64,000 nt of DNA from Narcine bancroftii (taxonomy: Eukaryota): the NCBI RefSeq assembly GCF_036971445.1, contig NC_091477.1, positions 114,452,001-114,516,000 on the forward strand, written 5' to 3'. The translations under genes and the position numbers were made by a program. Under the pieces are notes generated by a model. That model did not search any database, was not told the origin of the DNA, and saw only the letters and a list, made by a program, of their open reading frames with translations. Position 1 is the stretch's first letter, and the number at the start of each line of letters is the position of its first letter. Below are positions 1 to 11,660 of this stretch, one piece after another.

Positions 1-282
1 ATAAAAGCATCTTCCCAGCACTTTTATCTACTTCAAATGTTTTCAAGCAATTTGTGATCCCTTTCTGCTTTTTTTTGGCAATCCCCTGTGAAATAACAAA
101 CTGTTCTCAGTTTAAATGCGAAGAACACAGACATTTGAAGTTTGCGATACACCCATATTTGGAATCATATGGAGGCACTTGTGGGACTGAAATAGTTGAG
201 AACTTACATCCAATCCACACTTCAATTCAGTTTGCTCATCCTATCCATTTAAAAGTTATTTTTTCTTAACAAAGAAAATAAA

Positions 283-800
283 GAAAGAACTTGGATTTAT
301 GTAGTTCCTTTAATGAACTGAAGACTAATAAATATTTCAGACATATGATATACTTCAGGAGTAATTCATATGCCTAAACTGCTTCAGAGCATATAAATTA
401 CTTCTGAAGTCTCATCAGTGCTGCAGTTTAGGAAAGCAAGGCAGTTTTGCATTCTGTAAGATCCAGACACCGTCATGGGTTAAATGAGAAATGCAACAGG
501 ATTAATCATGTTCAATGTGGGTAAATATTGCCCAGCATTCCAGAGAGCCAATATTTATCTCACATTGAACATAGTTAAACCATGAACGACATCTTTTTTA
601 AATAAAGCACAGAGATCAGTTAGGTTGCTTTGATCTGGCATAAAGGATTTTGAATTCATCTTTTTTCCTAAAGACAATATCCCTGTGTAAAACTCACTTA
701 GAGATGCACCAGGGCATCAGTCAAGAGTATATGTTAAAGATGTTACCTTAAGCCACAGCCACTATGAATTAGAGACATTCAGACTGGCATGGAGGAACGT
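283..800 (-). mobile_element. Old Deu-domain SINE (SacSINE1/AmnSINE1-like), degraded
   Basis: Plus strand reads ACTTGGATTTATGTAG..CCTTT..ACTTCTGAAGT..TAGGAAAGCAAGGCAG.. and AAAGACAATATCCCTGTG..CACTTAG..GCAC..TCAG, matching the reverse complement of the remembered DeuSINE tail and core. Similar text at 18490, 31100 and 58400. Confidence 0.5.
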
Positions 801-943
801 GGATGTCTTCAGGATCTTCCGTGCACTTTAAGGGCAATAAACTGTAATAATTATTTGAGCATCAAACCCACATTAAACTTGTAACCTGAGTTATGGATGT
901 TGTCCAGGATATTTCCATTACATTTTGTTAAAAATGTTGATAC

Positions 944-1597
944 TTCCGGAGCTGCTGTAATGGGCTGCGTTGCTACTGGCGTTGGACTCGGGGAGATCAG
1001 GGAGGGGAGGCACGGCACTCCTGTGGGGTTCAACTACCCAGTCTGACTGCTTTCAGTTCTGTAGAGGCTTTAAATGGCCTGTCAATAGAGCTGATGGTGA
1101 TTTTATTTAAAAATTCTGCGACTGCTGGGTTGGTGCCCAAGATGATGGTGCATACGATCAGCAGGAACCACGAGGTGTTGCAAACTCCAAAGAAGCGGAG
1201 GACAGGTGCAGGACACCAGAAAACTGGGAGGCCAATGCCCCCGCCACCTCATTTGAGAAGTAGAAGCAGAGGAGATGACCACACTGGTGGGCCAATGGGA
1301 GGGAACTGCAGCTGAGGAACACACAGGCAGTGGGCTGGTGGCGAGTGTGGTCGAGGGATTCACACCGGGCGGCAGACTTCTGGAGACTGGCTGAAGGGGT
1401 GGCAGGTATAGGAGGCAAGATGCGAGATGGTACCAAGGGTGCTGAATGTGTCTTGATCGTGTTGGAGGTTCGGATCGGGAGCTCGGGTTGCTAATGGTTT
1501 AGACAGGGGTCTGTGCAGCTGTGGAAGCTACAGGAGTGCTTGAGGGAAATGCACAGACACGATGTCTCTGAGGAGGCTCTCTTCTGCTTTTCTTTCT
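944..1597 (+). mobile_element. Unclassified GC-rich non-coding interspersed repeat
   Basis: Homologous blocks (GAGAAG.AGAAGCAG, GCTGA.GAACACACAGG..GTGGGCT, GAGACTGGCTGA.GGG....CAGGTAT.GGA, GGAGCTC.GGT) recur at 20925-21385. More diverged reverse copies at 10515-11015 and 50372-51010. Confidence 0.6.
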
Positions 1598-3521
1598 CTG
1601 ATCACCTGGCTGTACTTCTACTCCTGGCATACAAACAGAGACTGAGGACCACACCACTAGTTGTGAAGACAGCTCAAGTATGGTCGAGCGAGCTGGAGGA
1701 GCGTCTGAAGGACAGCTTTGAATCAGTAGACTGGAACATACTCAAGAACTCATCCATAGACTTGAATGAATATACAATAGGAGTCACCGCCTTCATCAAG
1801 ACCTGCGAGGATATATGTGTGCCTAAGCGCATATACTGGGTGTTCCCAAACCAGAGGCCTGGATGAATCAAAGAATTTGCAACTTTCTAAGGGCAAAGGA
1901 AAAGGGTGTTTAAGGCCAGAAATCAGGATCTTCGCAATAGGTCCGGGTGACTTGCGGAAGGCCATTTCTGAAGCAAAGTGGCAATTCCGGAGGAAGCTAG
2001 AGACAGAGACAGATACATGCCAGCTATGGCAGGGAGTGCAGGCCAATACAGCCTAAAAGTGAGGGCAAACTATAAATGGCTCCAATGCCTCATTACCCAA
2101 TGAGCTGAACACCTTCTTTGTCCACTTTGAGAGGAATAACCAAACAGTGCCTGCTGGAATCCCTGAAAAGGCTGAGGACCCTGTGATATCTGTCTCTGAA
2201 GACAATGTCAGAACATCATTCAAGTGGGTGAACCCTCACAAGGCATCAGGCCCTGATGGCGTACCTGGCACAGTACTGAAAATCTGAACCAACCAACTAG
2301 CTGGAGTGTTCACTGACATTTTCAACCTCTTATTGCTGCAGTCAGAGGTTCTCACCTGCTTCATAAGGGAATTAATCATCCCGGTACCGAAGAAGAGTAG
2401 TATGAGCTGCCTCAACGACTACCGCCCAGTAGCAATAACTTTTATGATGAAATGCTTTGGGAGGCTGATCATGGCTAGAATTAACACGTACCTAAGCAAA
2501 GATCTGGACCCACTGTAATTCGCCTATCATCCACTCAGCACTGGATCACCTGGAAAACAACAGTTCTTCGTCGACTACAGCTCAACCTTCAATACCATTA
2601 TTCCCTTAGTGCTGGTCAAGAAGCTACAAACTCTAGGCCCACTCTGCAACTGGATCCTTGACTTTCTCATTATACCCATGACTATGTGGCCAGGTACAAT
2701 TCCAATGCTATCTACATTTGTCGATAACACCACAGTTGTCGGCAGAATCACAAGTGGCAATGAGGAGGTGTACAGGAGGGAGATAGATCAGCTCGTTCAT
2801 TGATATAGTGACAACAACCTTGCGCTCAACGTTATCAAAACCAATGAGATGATAGTGGACTTCAGGAGGAAGTCAGGGCAACATGACCCAGTCCTCATCG
2901 AGGACTCAGAAATGGGAAGTGTCAAGAACTTCAAATTCTTGGGTGATGACATCTCCGAGGATCTGTCCTGGAGCCTCCATGTCAATGCAATCAAAAAGAA
3001 GGTTCGCCAGTAGCTATATTTTGTGAGGATATTTGGTATGTCACTGAAGAATCTAAAACTTCTACAGGTGTACTGTGGAGAGCATTCTGGTCTGTTGCAT
3101 CACTGTCTGGTATGGAGGCACCAACTCTCAGGAGAAGAAAAAACTCCAGAGGGTTGTTAACTTGGCTTGCCACATCACAGGCAAAAGACTGCATTCCATC
3201 ATGGAAATCTACAAGAGATGGTGTCTTAATAAAGCAGACTCTATCCTCAAAAACTCCCTCCACCACCCAGGCCATGCCCTCTTCACTCTGCTACCATCAG
3301 GAAAAAGGTACAGGAGCCTGAAGACTCAACGGCACAAGGACAGGTTCTTCCCCGCTGCTATCAGATTCCTGAATAATCCACGAACCAAAGATACTTCCTC
3401 ACTCTTTGTGCACTTTAAAAAAAATTGTTGTTCCAAAAGTGGTTTAAATGAATGTTTGCTCTATGACAATGCTGCAAACACCGAATGTCGAGACTTGTTC
3501 ATGACAATAAATTCTGATTCT
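1597..3521 (+). pseudogene. Rex1/Babar non-LTR retrotransposon, 5'-truncated, frameshifted RT
   Basis: ORF pieces [57 protein letters not shown] (degenerate YADD), ESILVCCITVWYG..LQRVV, HPGHALFTLLPSGKRYRS. Ends GACAATAAA TTCTGATTCT. Confidence 0.9.
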
Positions 3522-3549
3522 AAAGATCTACTCTATTTTCTCTAATCTA

Positions 3550-4047
3550 ATCTGCTTTACTCACTTTATATCTGTAGTTGTGTGGCTCAATACGACAACA
3601 AAACTACCTATAAATTTGGTGACAAAACAATGGTAGTGGACTGGATTAACAAAGGGTGATGTGTCAGCATAGAGGAGGGAGATTGAAAACTTGGCTGAAT
3701 GGTGCACCATTAACAGCAACCTCATACTTAACATCATTCTGGACTTGAAGAAGAGAAAACCAAAGGTATACATCTAGAGATCATTGGGGGATCAGTGGTG
3801 GAAAGGGTTGGCAAATTTAAATTCCTGGGAGTCACCATCTTGGAGGTTCTTTGCTGGACCCATTATACCAATGTCATCGTGAAGACAGTAAGTCAGCACC
3901 TTACTTTGTAAGGGGTTTGCGGAGGTTTGGTGTGACATTGGAAGCCTTGGAAAACTTCAACAGATGTATAGTGGAAAGTGTGCTGACCGGCTGAATCAAG
4001 GCCTGCTATGGGGACAGCAATATGTCCGAGTGGAAAGCCCCGCAAAA
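3550..4047 (+). pseudogene. Rex1/Babar RT fragment
   Basis: TATAAATTTGGTGACAAAACAATGGTAGTGGA (YKFGD..VVG), TTTAAATTCCTGGGAGTC (FKFLGV), GTGGAAAGTGTGCTGACC (VESVLT). Confidence 0.8.
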
Positions 4048-4091
4048 TTATTTTTTTGAAAAACAGGTCTTTTGGGATTAGTGCAAAATTA

Positions 4092-4745
4092 CAATAAAAC
4101 CCCATGGGATCCTGCACCTATGGGGATTGGTAGATGCCAGAGAAGTAAGTTTTCTGGTTGCTTGAGACTAACTCTTACAATGCCTTATTCATAGAACTAA
4201 ATTAAGAATAAACAGTTTAAAAGATAAAAGATGGTGCAAAATGTAAAATAATTTGGAAAAAGAAATCAATATTTTAGTTCTTAATTATGCAAAGCTCTTT
4301 AATCAGGTAATTCCTTGAAATTTGAATTTGAACCCCAGTTGCTGGCGCTGTAACAGTGTTGTGCTAACTGTTCCACCATTATAATTAACTCCTCCCCCTG
4401 GCTTACACATAAAGTCTTACTAATATACTGTACTTAATAATATATTAATTAAAAATAAAGGCTCTTACTCAGCAGGGATAAGGAGACACTTTAAGAAAGT
4501 CACCCAAACGGTGAGCGGCATTAACCAGCTCTTCGTCCTTGCTGATGCCATTTCATTCAAACACAACTTTATATTTGCTCCCATCTTCACCAAAAGTTTA
4601 TGTCTTACTTCAGAGAACATTTACTTTTACGATTTTAAACATTTAATTTTCTTTTTCCCCTATCTGTCTATTTATTTTTTTAATCATTTTCCTGGGAATT
4701 TTTTTTTGCCAGTTGTTTGAATTCCAGATAGCAGGGGTTTTACTG
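4092..4745. mobile_element. Tigger/pogo-type MITE, with a V-SINE head fragment nested at about 4320-4378
   Basis: TIRs TA|CAATAAAACCCC and GGGGTTTTACTG. Subterminal GGGGATTGGTAGATGCCAG and GAATTCCAGATA are shared, inverted, with the 39642-39837 copy. Confidence 0.7.
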
Positions 4746-5099
4746 TCGATAGATTTGGAAGTGAAATAGCAACTGGAAATATACCTATCTTTTCATCCAA
4801 GCATACTCAGGTCTCTCTAAACACTAATGTATTTCAATCTCTCACTATTTAAAAAAAAACAGTTCTTTCCCCTTTTTTTATAATCAGGGAAGCTTATCTC
4901 ACATTATAAGACAACTGCCTATTCACTTAAACTCCTTTCCCTCAGAGGCTCTTTGTATCCTACTCACAGCCCACACTGCCACTTAAGTTTTATATCAGCT
5001 TCAAGAGATCCTGAGGGAACCTTGCTCTCTAATCATTAATCATAACTGAACACTGATAGGAGGACATTTTCCTTGTGAATGTAACCAGAAGTGAGATTA

Positions 5100-5475
5100 A
5101 GTCATGGGAGGCTGAACTGCATGAGGAAAAAGTGGAAAGTCAAAAGAGCAAATATTATCGGAGTTACCCAATGGAACCAGACAGGACATTTCCTGATGAC
5201 AAGGAATTTTACTGAGAATATCCTGGAGAGAGAGAGAGAGAGAGAAGAGGATGAAATGTCAGAGATTGTATTCCAATCTATTATTAGTGTCATGGGTAGA
5301 AAAACAGGTGAGTTAATCTGGTAAGAATATAGGACTTCAAAAAGGAATAGAGCAATGAAGGGCCTCTATAGGTCAACAATCAGGAAGTCAATTTACAGAA
5401 AAGTTGCAAAGATATGCAGGAGTCATAGATTAGTAAAAATAGGAGATGTCAACTATCCACATACAGACTGGGATC
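5100..5475 (+). pseudogene. CR1 LINE endonuclease fragment (resumes at about 6746-6945)
   Basis: ATAGGAGATGTCAACTATCCACAT..GACTGG (GD.NYP.IDW). The downstream piece carries CCAACAAGGAAG (PTR) and continues the same domain after nested insertions. Confidence 0.65.
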
Positions 5476-5772
5476 TTCTTTCTTCTTTTCTTTGGCTTGG
5501 CTTCGCGGACGAAGATTTATGGAGGGGGTAAAAGTCCACGTCAGCTGCAGGCTCGTTTGTGGCTGACAAGCCCGATGCGGGACAGGCAGACACGGTTGCA
5601 GCGGCTGCAGGGGAAAATTGGTTGGTTGGGGTTGGGTGTTGGGTTTTTCCTCCTTTGCCTTTTGTCAGTGAGGTGGGCTCTGCGGTCTTCTTCAAAGGAG
5701 GTTGCTGCCCGCCAAACTGTGAGGCGCCAAGATGCACGGTTTGAGGCGATATCAGCCCACTGGCGGTGGTCA
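5476..5772 (-). mobile_element. RTE-clade LINE 3' end, young, with TSD
   Basis: Open C-terminus W.DIASNRASWR...KRQRRK...FPCSRCNRVCLSRIGLVSHKRAC*, short 3' UTR, AAG-rich tail. Flanked by ACTGGGATC at 5467-5475 and 5773-5781. CpGs intact. Confidence 0.85.
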
Positions 5773-5785
5773 ACTGGGATCAACG

Positions 5786-6745
5786 TTCAGATGTATTGTC
5801 AAAGTACACACATGACATCACATACAACTCTGAGATTCTTTTTCCTGTGGGCCAGGCAGAATTTCTACTCATTGGTAGTTACAAAGAATTATACTCAAGC
5901 AAATATACATATTTAAAAATGAGAAATGTAAACAAAGAAGGAAGTGTAAACAAGCTGACTGTGCAATACAGAAAATTCAGTAATAAATGATGTGTAAAAT
6001 AAGAGTCTTTAAACGAGTCTCAGATTGAGTTTGTTGGTTAGGGGTCTGTTGGTGGAGGGGTAACAACTGTTCCTGAACGTGATGGTATGAGGCTGGCGAC
6101 ATCTACACCTCTTTCCTGGTGGCAGCAGCAAGAACAGAGCATGTCCTGGGTCGAGTAGATGCTCTCTGATGGCAGTGTTCCATATCATATGCACGTGTGT
6201 AATAGTTGATACCATGTAAAAGTCAAGCCCCTATTTTTGGCCCAAAGATCTGATATTTTGCATATATCATGTAAAATTTGACCTCCTTTATATTTTTGGC
6301 CCTGGCCGCCAGCCCACCAAAGGACCTGACACCCTGACCACGGTCTCTCACCCAGGCCACCACCCATCCGAACTCCCGATGTCCCGATTGTGGACTTACC
6401 ACCTGCTCTCGGCCATCTACCTGCCCATCCTAGCTCCCAACACACCTAGTGCAGACTCTCACCTAGGCCCCAGCTACCCGCACATCCAAGCTCCTGGTGC
6501 CTGACCGCAGACTCTCATCTAGGCCCTGGCTGCCCAACCATCCAAGCTCCCAACACTTCAAATAGCACAGGTACTTTCATGGTCAATAGAAGTATGCATG
6601 TAATAGTTGATCCCCTAAATTTTATCCTAAAAATTGGTCCACAAAAGTCGACTATTACATGCCTATATATGGTATATATTTCTTCGATGGAAGAGTTTTG
6701 CTTGTGATGGGCTGGGCTGTATTCACTACCTTTTGCAGGGCTTCA
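5786..6745 (-). pseudogene. Rex1/Babar 3' end, interrupted by a MITE
   Basis: Minus ORF HLLDPGHALFLLLPPGKR...FRNSCYPSTNR. The 3' UTR matches the reverse of 27420-27620. Confidence 0.8.
6185..6672. mobile_element. Tc1/mariner (Tc2-like) MITE with internal minisatellite
   Basis: About 26-bp TIRs TCATATGCACGTGTGTAATAGTTGAT and GTCGACTATTACATGCCTATATATGG, with TA on both sides. Internal repeats of GCAGACTCTCA.CTAGGCCC.GCT.CCC..CATCCAAGCTCC. Confidence 0.75.
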
Positions 6746-7469
6746 CAGCATAGCAATAACTTAAGGCAAATGATAAGGAAGTTTAAGAAGAAACTTCTGC
6801 ATCAACATTTTTCGGGTCCAACAAGGAAGGTAACCTTGATGGAGTGGTATTGGGATATGAGTCAAGCCAAATGGTTGAATCATCAATTGACGAGTATCCA
6901 GGAAATAGCCATCACTCTCTCTTTTGTTTTAACATGGATTATAGAATGCCTCAAAGTAAAATTGAGATAATAACTTACTTCTCTCTTCTTTTTCACAGAT
7001 ACTGCCTTACCTGCTGTGTGTTTGCAGTAATTTCTGTTTTTACTGCACATACATAGAACTGATAAACACAATGGGCCAAATGGCCTCCTTCCGAGCTGTA
7101 ACCATTCCTTTTCCTCTATGATAAGTTGATTAAAATTTAAAAGTGAAGAAGAATGAGCAAAAGAGCAAAGTTGCTGAATTCTAAGGAAGGCCTAGCTGAG
7201 ATCAGCCATGACATAGCCTTACATGACAATTTAGTCAACCTTCTACCCTTTATGAATTCTTTGTTAGCGTCAAAGATGCCTCCTTTCTCACTTCCTGTGG
7301 TCAGTCCTCTTCGATAGGGACACATTATGCACAGTGGCAAGGATCACAGCACAGTTGAACTCTCTTTCTCCTCCCCCCCCCACCAAAGAGATCTTTAAGT
7401 TTCTGGATTCTTGATTAGAAACAATATTAGGAAGGAAAATTGATGCAGAAAAAAGAAATGAAAGAAGAT

Positions 7470-7600
7470 GGATTTAAGGCTCAGGCCCGAAACATTGGTT
7501 ATATATGTTTGCCTCCTATGGACAATATGGGACCTGCTGAGTTCCCTCAGCAGTTTTAGGTATTAACTACAATCACAGTGTCTGTCGACTTTCTTGTTTC
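7470..7600 (+). mobile_element. Penelope-like element pseudo-LTR fragment with partial hammerhead
   Basis: AAGGCTCAGGCCCGAAACATTGGTT followed by CCTCCTATGGA..GACCTGCTGAGTTCC. Confidence 0.75.
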
Positions 7601-7959
7601 TCAGAATATAACAACCAATAGTTGAAAAAAAAATTAGACGTGGTGTTTTCATTTTTTTACCATAAAGAAGATTTGCTTTTCATGAATAATAACTTAATTG
7701 CATTCTTTAATTCAACCTCATTTCCAAAATAATCCTTAAAATATATAATTGAATAAGACTTTGAATTACCCTTCTCCCTAATACGTGAATTTTATCTGCT
7801 ATTAGTTGCTATTGTTGACTCTAGGTTTCAGCCCAAGATGGAGATGTTAAGTGTTCTTTAAAACAATGCAACACACTTTACAGTGTTGAAGACAGGCACT
7901 GGACTGCACTGCAGGAAATCTAAAGATGCTTCATTCTATCGTTAGACCCAACAATAGAC

Positions 7960-8660
7960 TGCATTAATAAAGCCACTCGTGCGTGCATATAAATGGTTAA
8001 TTAACTGGGGCAGCAACATAAACAAGTCATTTCTGTTCCTTCCCTCTCAACGCTTTCATTTCAGCAATTGGTGGGCAGTGCACTAGTGGCAAAAAATGAT
8101 GCTGTAATGGATGGGTTTTTTTTTATTCTACAGTTCAGAACAGAGGGGGTCGCTGAACTACTGCAACACCAAGTATTCCAAGCCGACATCAAAGGAGAGA
8201 ATCAACTGAAATGACAGCAGCTGCAGCATCTGCCTTTAAATTAGACTGTGACTCAAAGACTGGACTCAGCTGCTCAGCAGCATAAAGACCCGGGAGGAAG
8301 GGAGTGCAAGAAAAGAGTCTGCTTTCCACCATAGCTCATCAAAGTAGATGCCGAGCTTATGGAGCTGTAAACATGCGCTCAGCAAGTGCCCACGTGCTGT
8401 CTAACTGTATAAAAGGCGTGAAACTTGCACAAAGAAAAATCTTTGCATTCTGCCTATCGTCGAGAGCTGCTTATGCACGGGCAAATGGTCTAAATGTATG
8501 GTCTGATAAGAGCTTTGCTTTGTGATGAAACTGAGTTCAGCTTCAAAAGATGTTCTGTTTTGAAGTCATCAAAGATCTCAAAATCTCCCAATCCTTCAAG
8601 ACTGTTGCGAAAGGCAAGTCTCCACAACCACGGCTCGTCCTTGTAATTGAACAATACATG
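7960..8660. promoter_or_regulatory. Candidate enhancer/promoter (unique, CpG-retaining block)
   Basis: No repeat recognised and many surviving CpGs. TCF/LEF-type ACATCAAAGG at 8186-8195, E-box CACGTG at 8391-8396, TATAAAAG at 8408-8415. Confidence 0.3.
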
Positions 8661-10514
8661 CAAAATATAAATTGGTGGTAATACAGAGAATCGGAAATAT
8701 TTAAAAGAAACATAAAACATGTTTTATTGCAGATCTAGGTAATATTCTACTCCCATCCTATCCAACGAAAGGCATACAGCTGTGCCATCTGAATCTTTTA
8801 ATAATTGAATATTCTATTAATAATTGAAATAGTTGAATATTAAACTACTGCAATAATGATACAATTTCATGGTTAAAGGATCCTATTCACCCAGAAACTA
8901 GTCTAACCTCAGTGATCACTGAAAACTCTACAAGTTTCATAATAATGTAGGTGGATGTGTTCGTACATAACACATTAAATATTTTCCCTTTTCCACACTT
9001 AAATTTTGCTCATACAATTAATTATCTTAAAAGAAAAGCTCTTTAAAATATGATTTATTCTGAGGGGCCATTTTTTTACAAAATAGCGATTACTTACATC
9101 TATGTTGAACTGTATTTCATGGTGACGTTTCCCAACCCATTTCATTTCTTGGTTAAGGGAGAATAGTTCCTTTATATTTACCGTATTTATTTTTCAGCAA
9201 GGCTGCAAAGACTAACATTGCAGCCTAATACCTCAGCAAATAGTGTTTGTTCAGTGATTGTTTTGAACCTTTATCTCTTTCTGCTGATCTCCTCTCTTAT
9301 AGGATAATAATTTTTTAAATGGTGAATGTTGACTGCTTCATCACTTTGAATTGCCTTCAGGTAATAGCTGAGCTCAACAGTACAAGAGACTTGAATTAAC
9401 CTGAAGAACCAGGATGGTATAGCCAATACATTCTAGTTTTAATTGGTCCTTTTCTATGAATGAACATTCACAGTCTCTTTTTACAATGGACAACTTGCCA
9501 GAATGCATTGACTTCTTCACATAAAGTATTTCCAGGGAGACTATTCCAACTCCAGAACTTCCTTCATTAAAATAATGTAGAGGAAATTGATTTCAACTGT
9601 TTTTTGATATTGGCCTTTGAACCACATTATCAGTTTTAGGTCCAGGGGAGAGTTGAAAATTTAACTCAATATTTGTATGTTTTTAATGATCAAATTCCAA
9701 AAAAATCAGCTTTGCAAAGTTTCCAAGTTGAGCTAACATCCATTCCAATGTTTTCTGCTCTCTAAAGAAGGAGATGCAATTACAGATCCAGGTTATATTT
9801 TGCATCAGTCTTGCTCGTAGATCAGGTTTTTATGCCTCTTTCCCTTGGAGCCCCTAGAGCTGAATAAACATAGTTTATCAATCTTGTTCAATATTCTGCC
9901 GCATCAAATCATGATCAGACTTCTCTTCGAGTCTGCGTACTCCTTCCAATCATCTCGGTGTTATTTTTCTGTACATCTAGATTGGATCAATGCCATGGAA
10001 ACAAGTAAGCCATTCAATGTAAAACAGTAATTCCCAACGAACTTCTGTCCTATTGGTTAGCACGGTACTCAAATTCATTAACTTGGAACCAGTAATGCAA
10101 TGCTCATTAATCAGTTAAAGGGCAACTAGATGGAATCAATATACTGTAAATGAGGTTCATAAAATATCAGCTGTGTTCAAAAATTATAAATAAACAGGTA
10201 AAATAGAATTCATGCCCTTATTACTGAATAATAAAGATAAGGATGTAGATAGCTAGAAGTTCTGGCCACCTTGGCTGTCTTTATCCCTTATGGACACATT
10301 TGTCTTAAAAAAACATGCTCGTTTGTTTGATAAACATGCTGAAATCTTCTAATTTTCGGCCACATGTGGCCACACTGCTAATTACATTTGAAGTGATGAC
10401 AGGGCTGAGCTTTAGTGTGTGTGATAGTCCAGGACAGACTAATGTTGCTGTCCTTTGCCACATTGGCTTGTTTTGCACTGTGCTCTCATTAGGCCTTTTT
10501 GTTGTAAAGAAATA

Positions 10515-11015
10515 AGTGAGTATAAAGGCAGATATTCTCTGCTGTTACATCGCCCAACTTAAGTCCATAAAGGCTCCGAGGCTGGATCCAGCACGTGGAC
10601 TCGAATCCGTCCTGAGGGATCAGTCAGTGGTAAAGCACAGTTGGTCCACTTCATCCATAAAGGCAGTTCCACAGCAAGCGTCAGTAATAATCCAGGAGCC
10701 ACTACCAGAGCTCCCATGGTGATTGGTGCTGGGGTTAGGACTCCCTCCTGCAACCCAGAAATGTCTTCTTCCTGTTCCTTCTCCACCTCTCGCTCCTAAA
10801 CTGAGCCGTACCGAAAGGAGGCAGACAAGGGTTATAGCTGAGCCCAGCAGGTGAACCTCTTTTCGTTTTAATGCAGGATCGAAGGTTGACTTTGTTATCC
10901 ATAATTCCCCATGCAGCTGGAACCTCTTGGCACATATGTTTGGCCTCACGGTAACACTGCTGCACCACTCGCCCTGGCTCCCTCAGCTCTAGAGTATGGC
11001 TCCCGATGCTGCTGT
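10515..11015 (-). mobile_element. Unclassified GC-rich repeat, probably related to 944-1597
   Basis: GC-rich block. The minus strand has GAGAAGGAACAGGAAGAAGAC and ends GGGCGATG..GAATATCTGCCTT, like the shared 3' module. Confidence 0.4.
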
Positions 11016-11269
11016 CCGTAAAAGCAATGCTGGATCATACCTTATAGGGTTTCTCCATAAAAGATAAGCTTGCATTTTTTTTCCTCGTTGAGCCAGCTTC
11101 AATGCGGCATTGCTCCATAAAAAGGGCTATTGTTAATGGAGAAGAAAGCCTTTGACAAATGAAATTCTGTATGAATGATCATAGGAAGGTGGTAAGCATC
11201 CCAATCCAGCTTCAGTCAATAATATTCCCTATTAACCTAAAGAATAACTCATTTCTTTTCACCATTTTG

Positions 11270-11660
11270 TAATCAAATCATGAGTTATGCAACATGTCCA
11301 GGCTGACTATTGGGCACGCACCAAAATAAATCTCATTTCCCAGCACTTGCCTGGGAAATTCAGGTCCTCATCTTGATCTTTTTTCAATGCTGCAGGCAAC
11401 TCTGCTTCAATCTCTCTCTGTCAGTGTATTTCATGTGCTCCCCACATTTTGGGTGAGAAATGTCCCCTTCAAATCTCTTACCCTAAATCTATGTCCTTTA
11501 GTTTTATTCACCTCTGATATGGGGAAAAGTTTCCTGTGGCCTACCGTTTCTATACACTTTATAATTTTGTATTAATTCAATCATACCCTTCTTATCCTTT
11601 GCTGCCCTGGGGAAAACAGATCTGATCGCTCCTGAATCTCCAACCCATGCAGTAATCCGC
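11270..11660 (-). mobile_element. CR1 LINE 3' end, degraded
   Basis: Reverse of the LF.L..RR..G.LI..YKI...D region and 3' UTR. Confidence 0.6.

Noticed and set aside
200-290. Possible minus-strand exon (polypyrimidine-AG acceptor near 266, GTAAGT donor near 208)
   Set aside because: All three frames contain stops and no homology is recognised. At best a non-coding exon, unsupported.
5446-5916. 156-aa plus-strand ORF
   Set aside because: Antisense read-through of the RTE and Rex1 fragments.
8134-8213. Possible coding terminal exon after a strong acceptor
   Set aside because: Translations (FRTEGVAELLQHQ.., SEQRGSLNYC..) resemble nothing I recognise. No partner exons found.
8490-8720. 76-aa minus-strand ORF with protein-like composition
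   Set aside because: No recognisable domain and a weak splice context. Consistent with a chance ORF.
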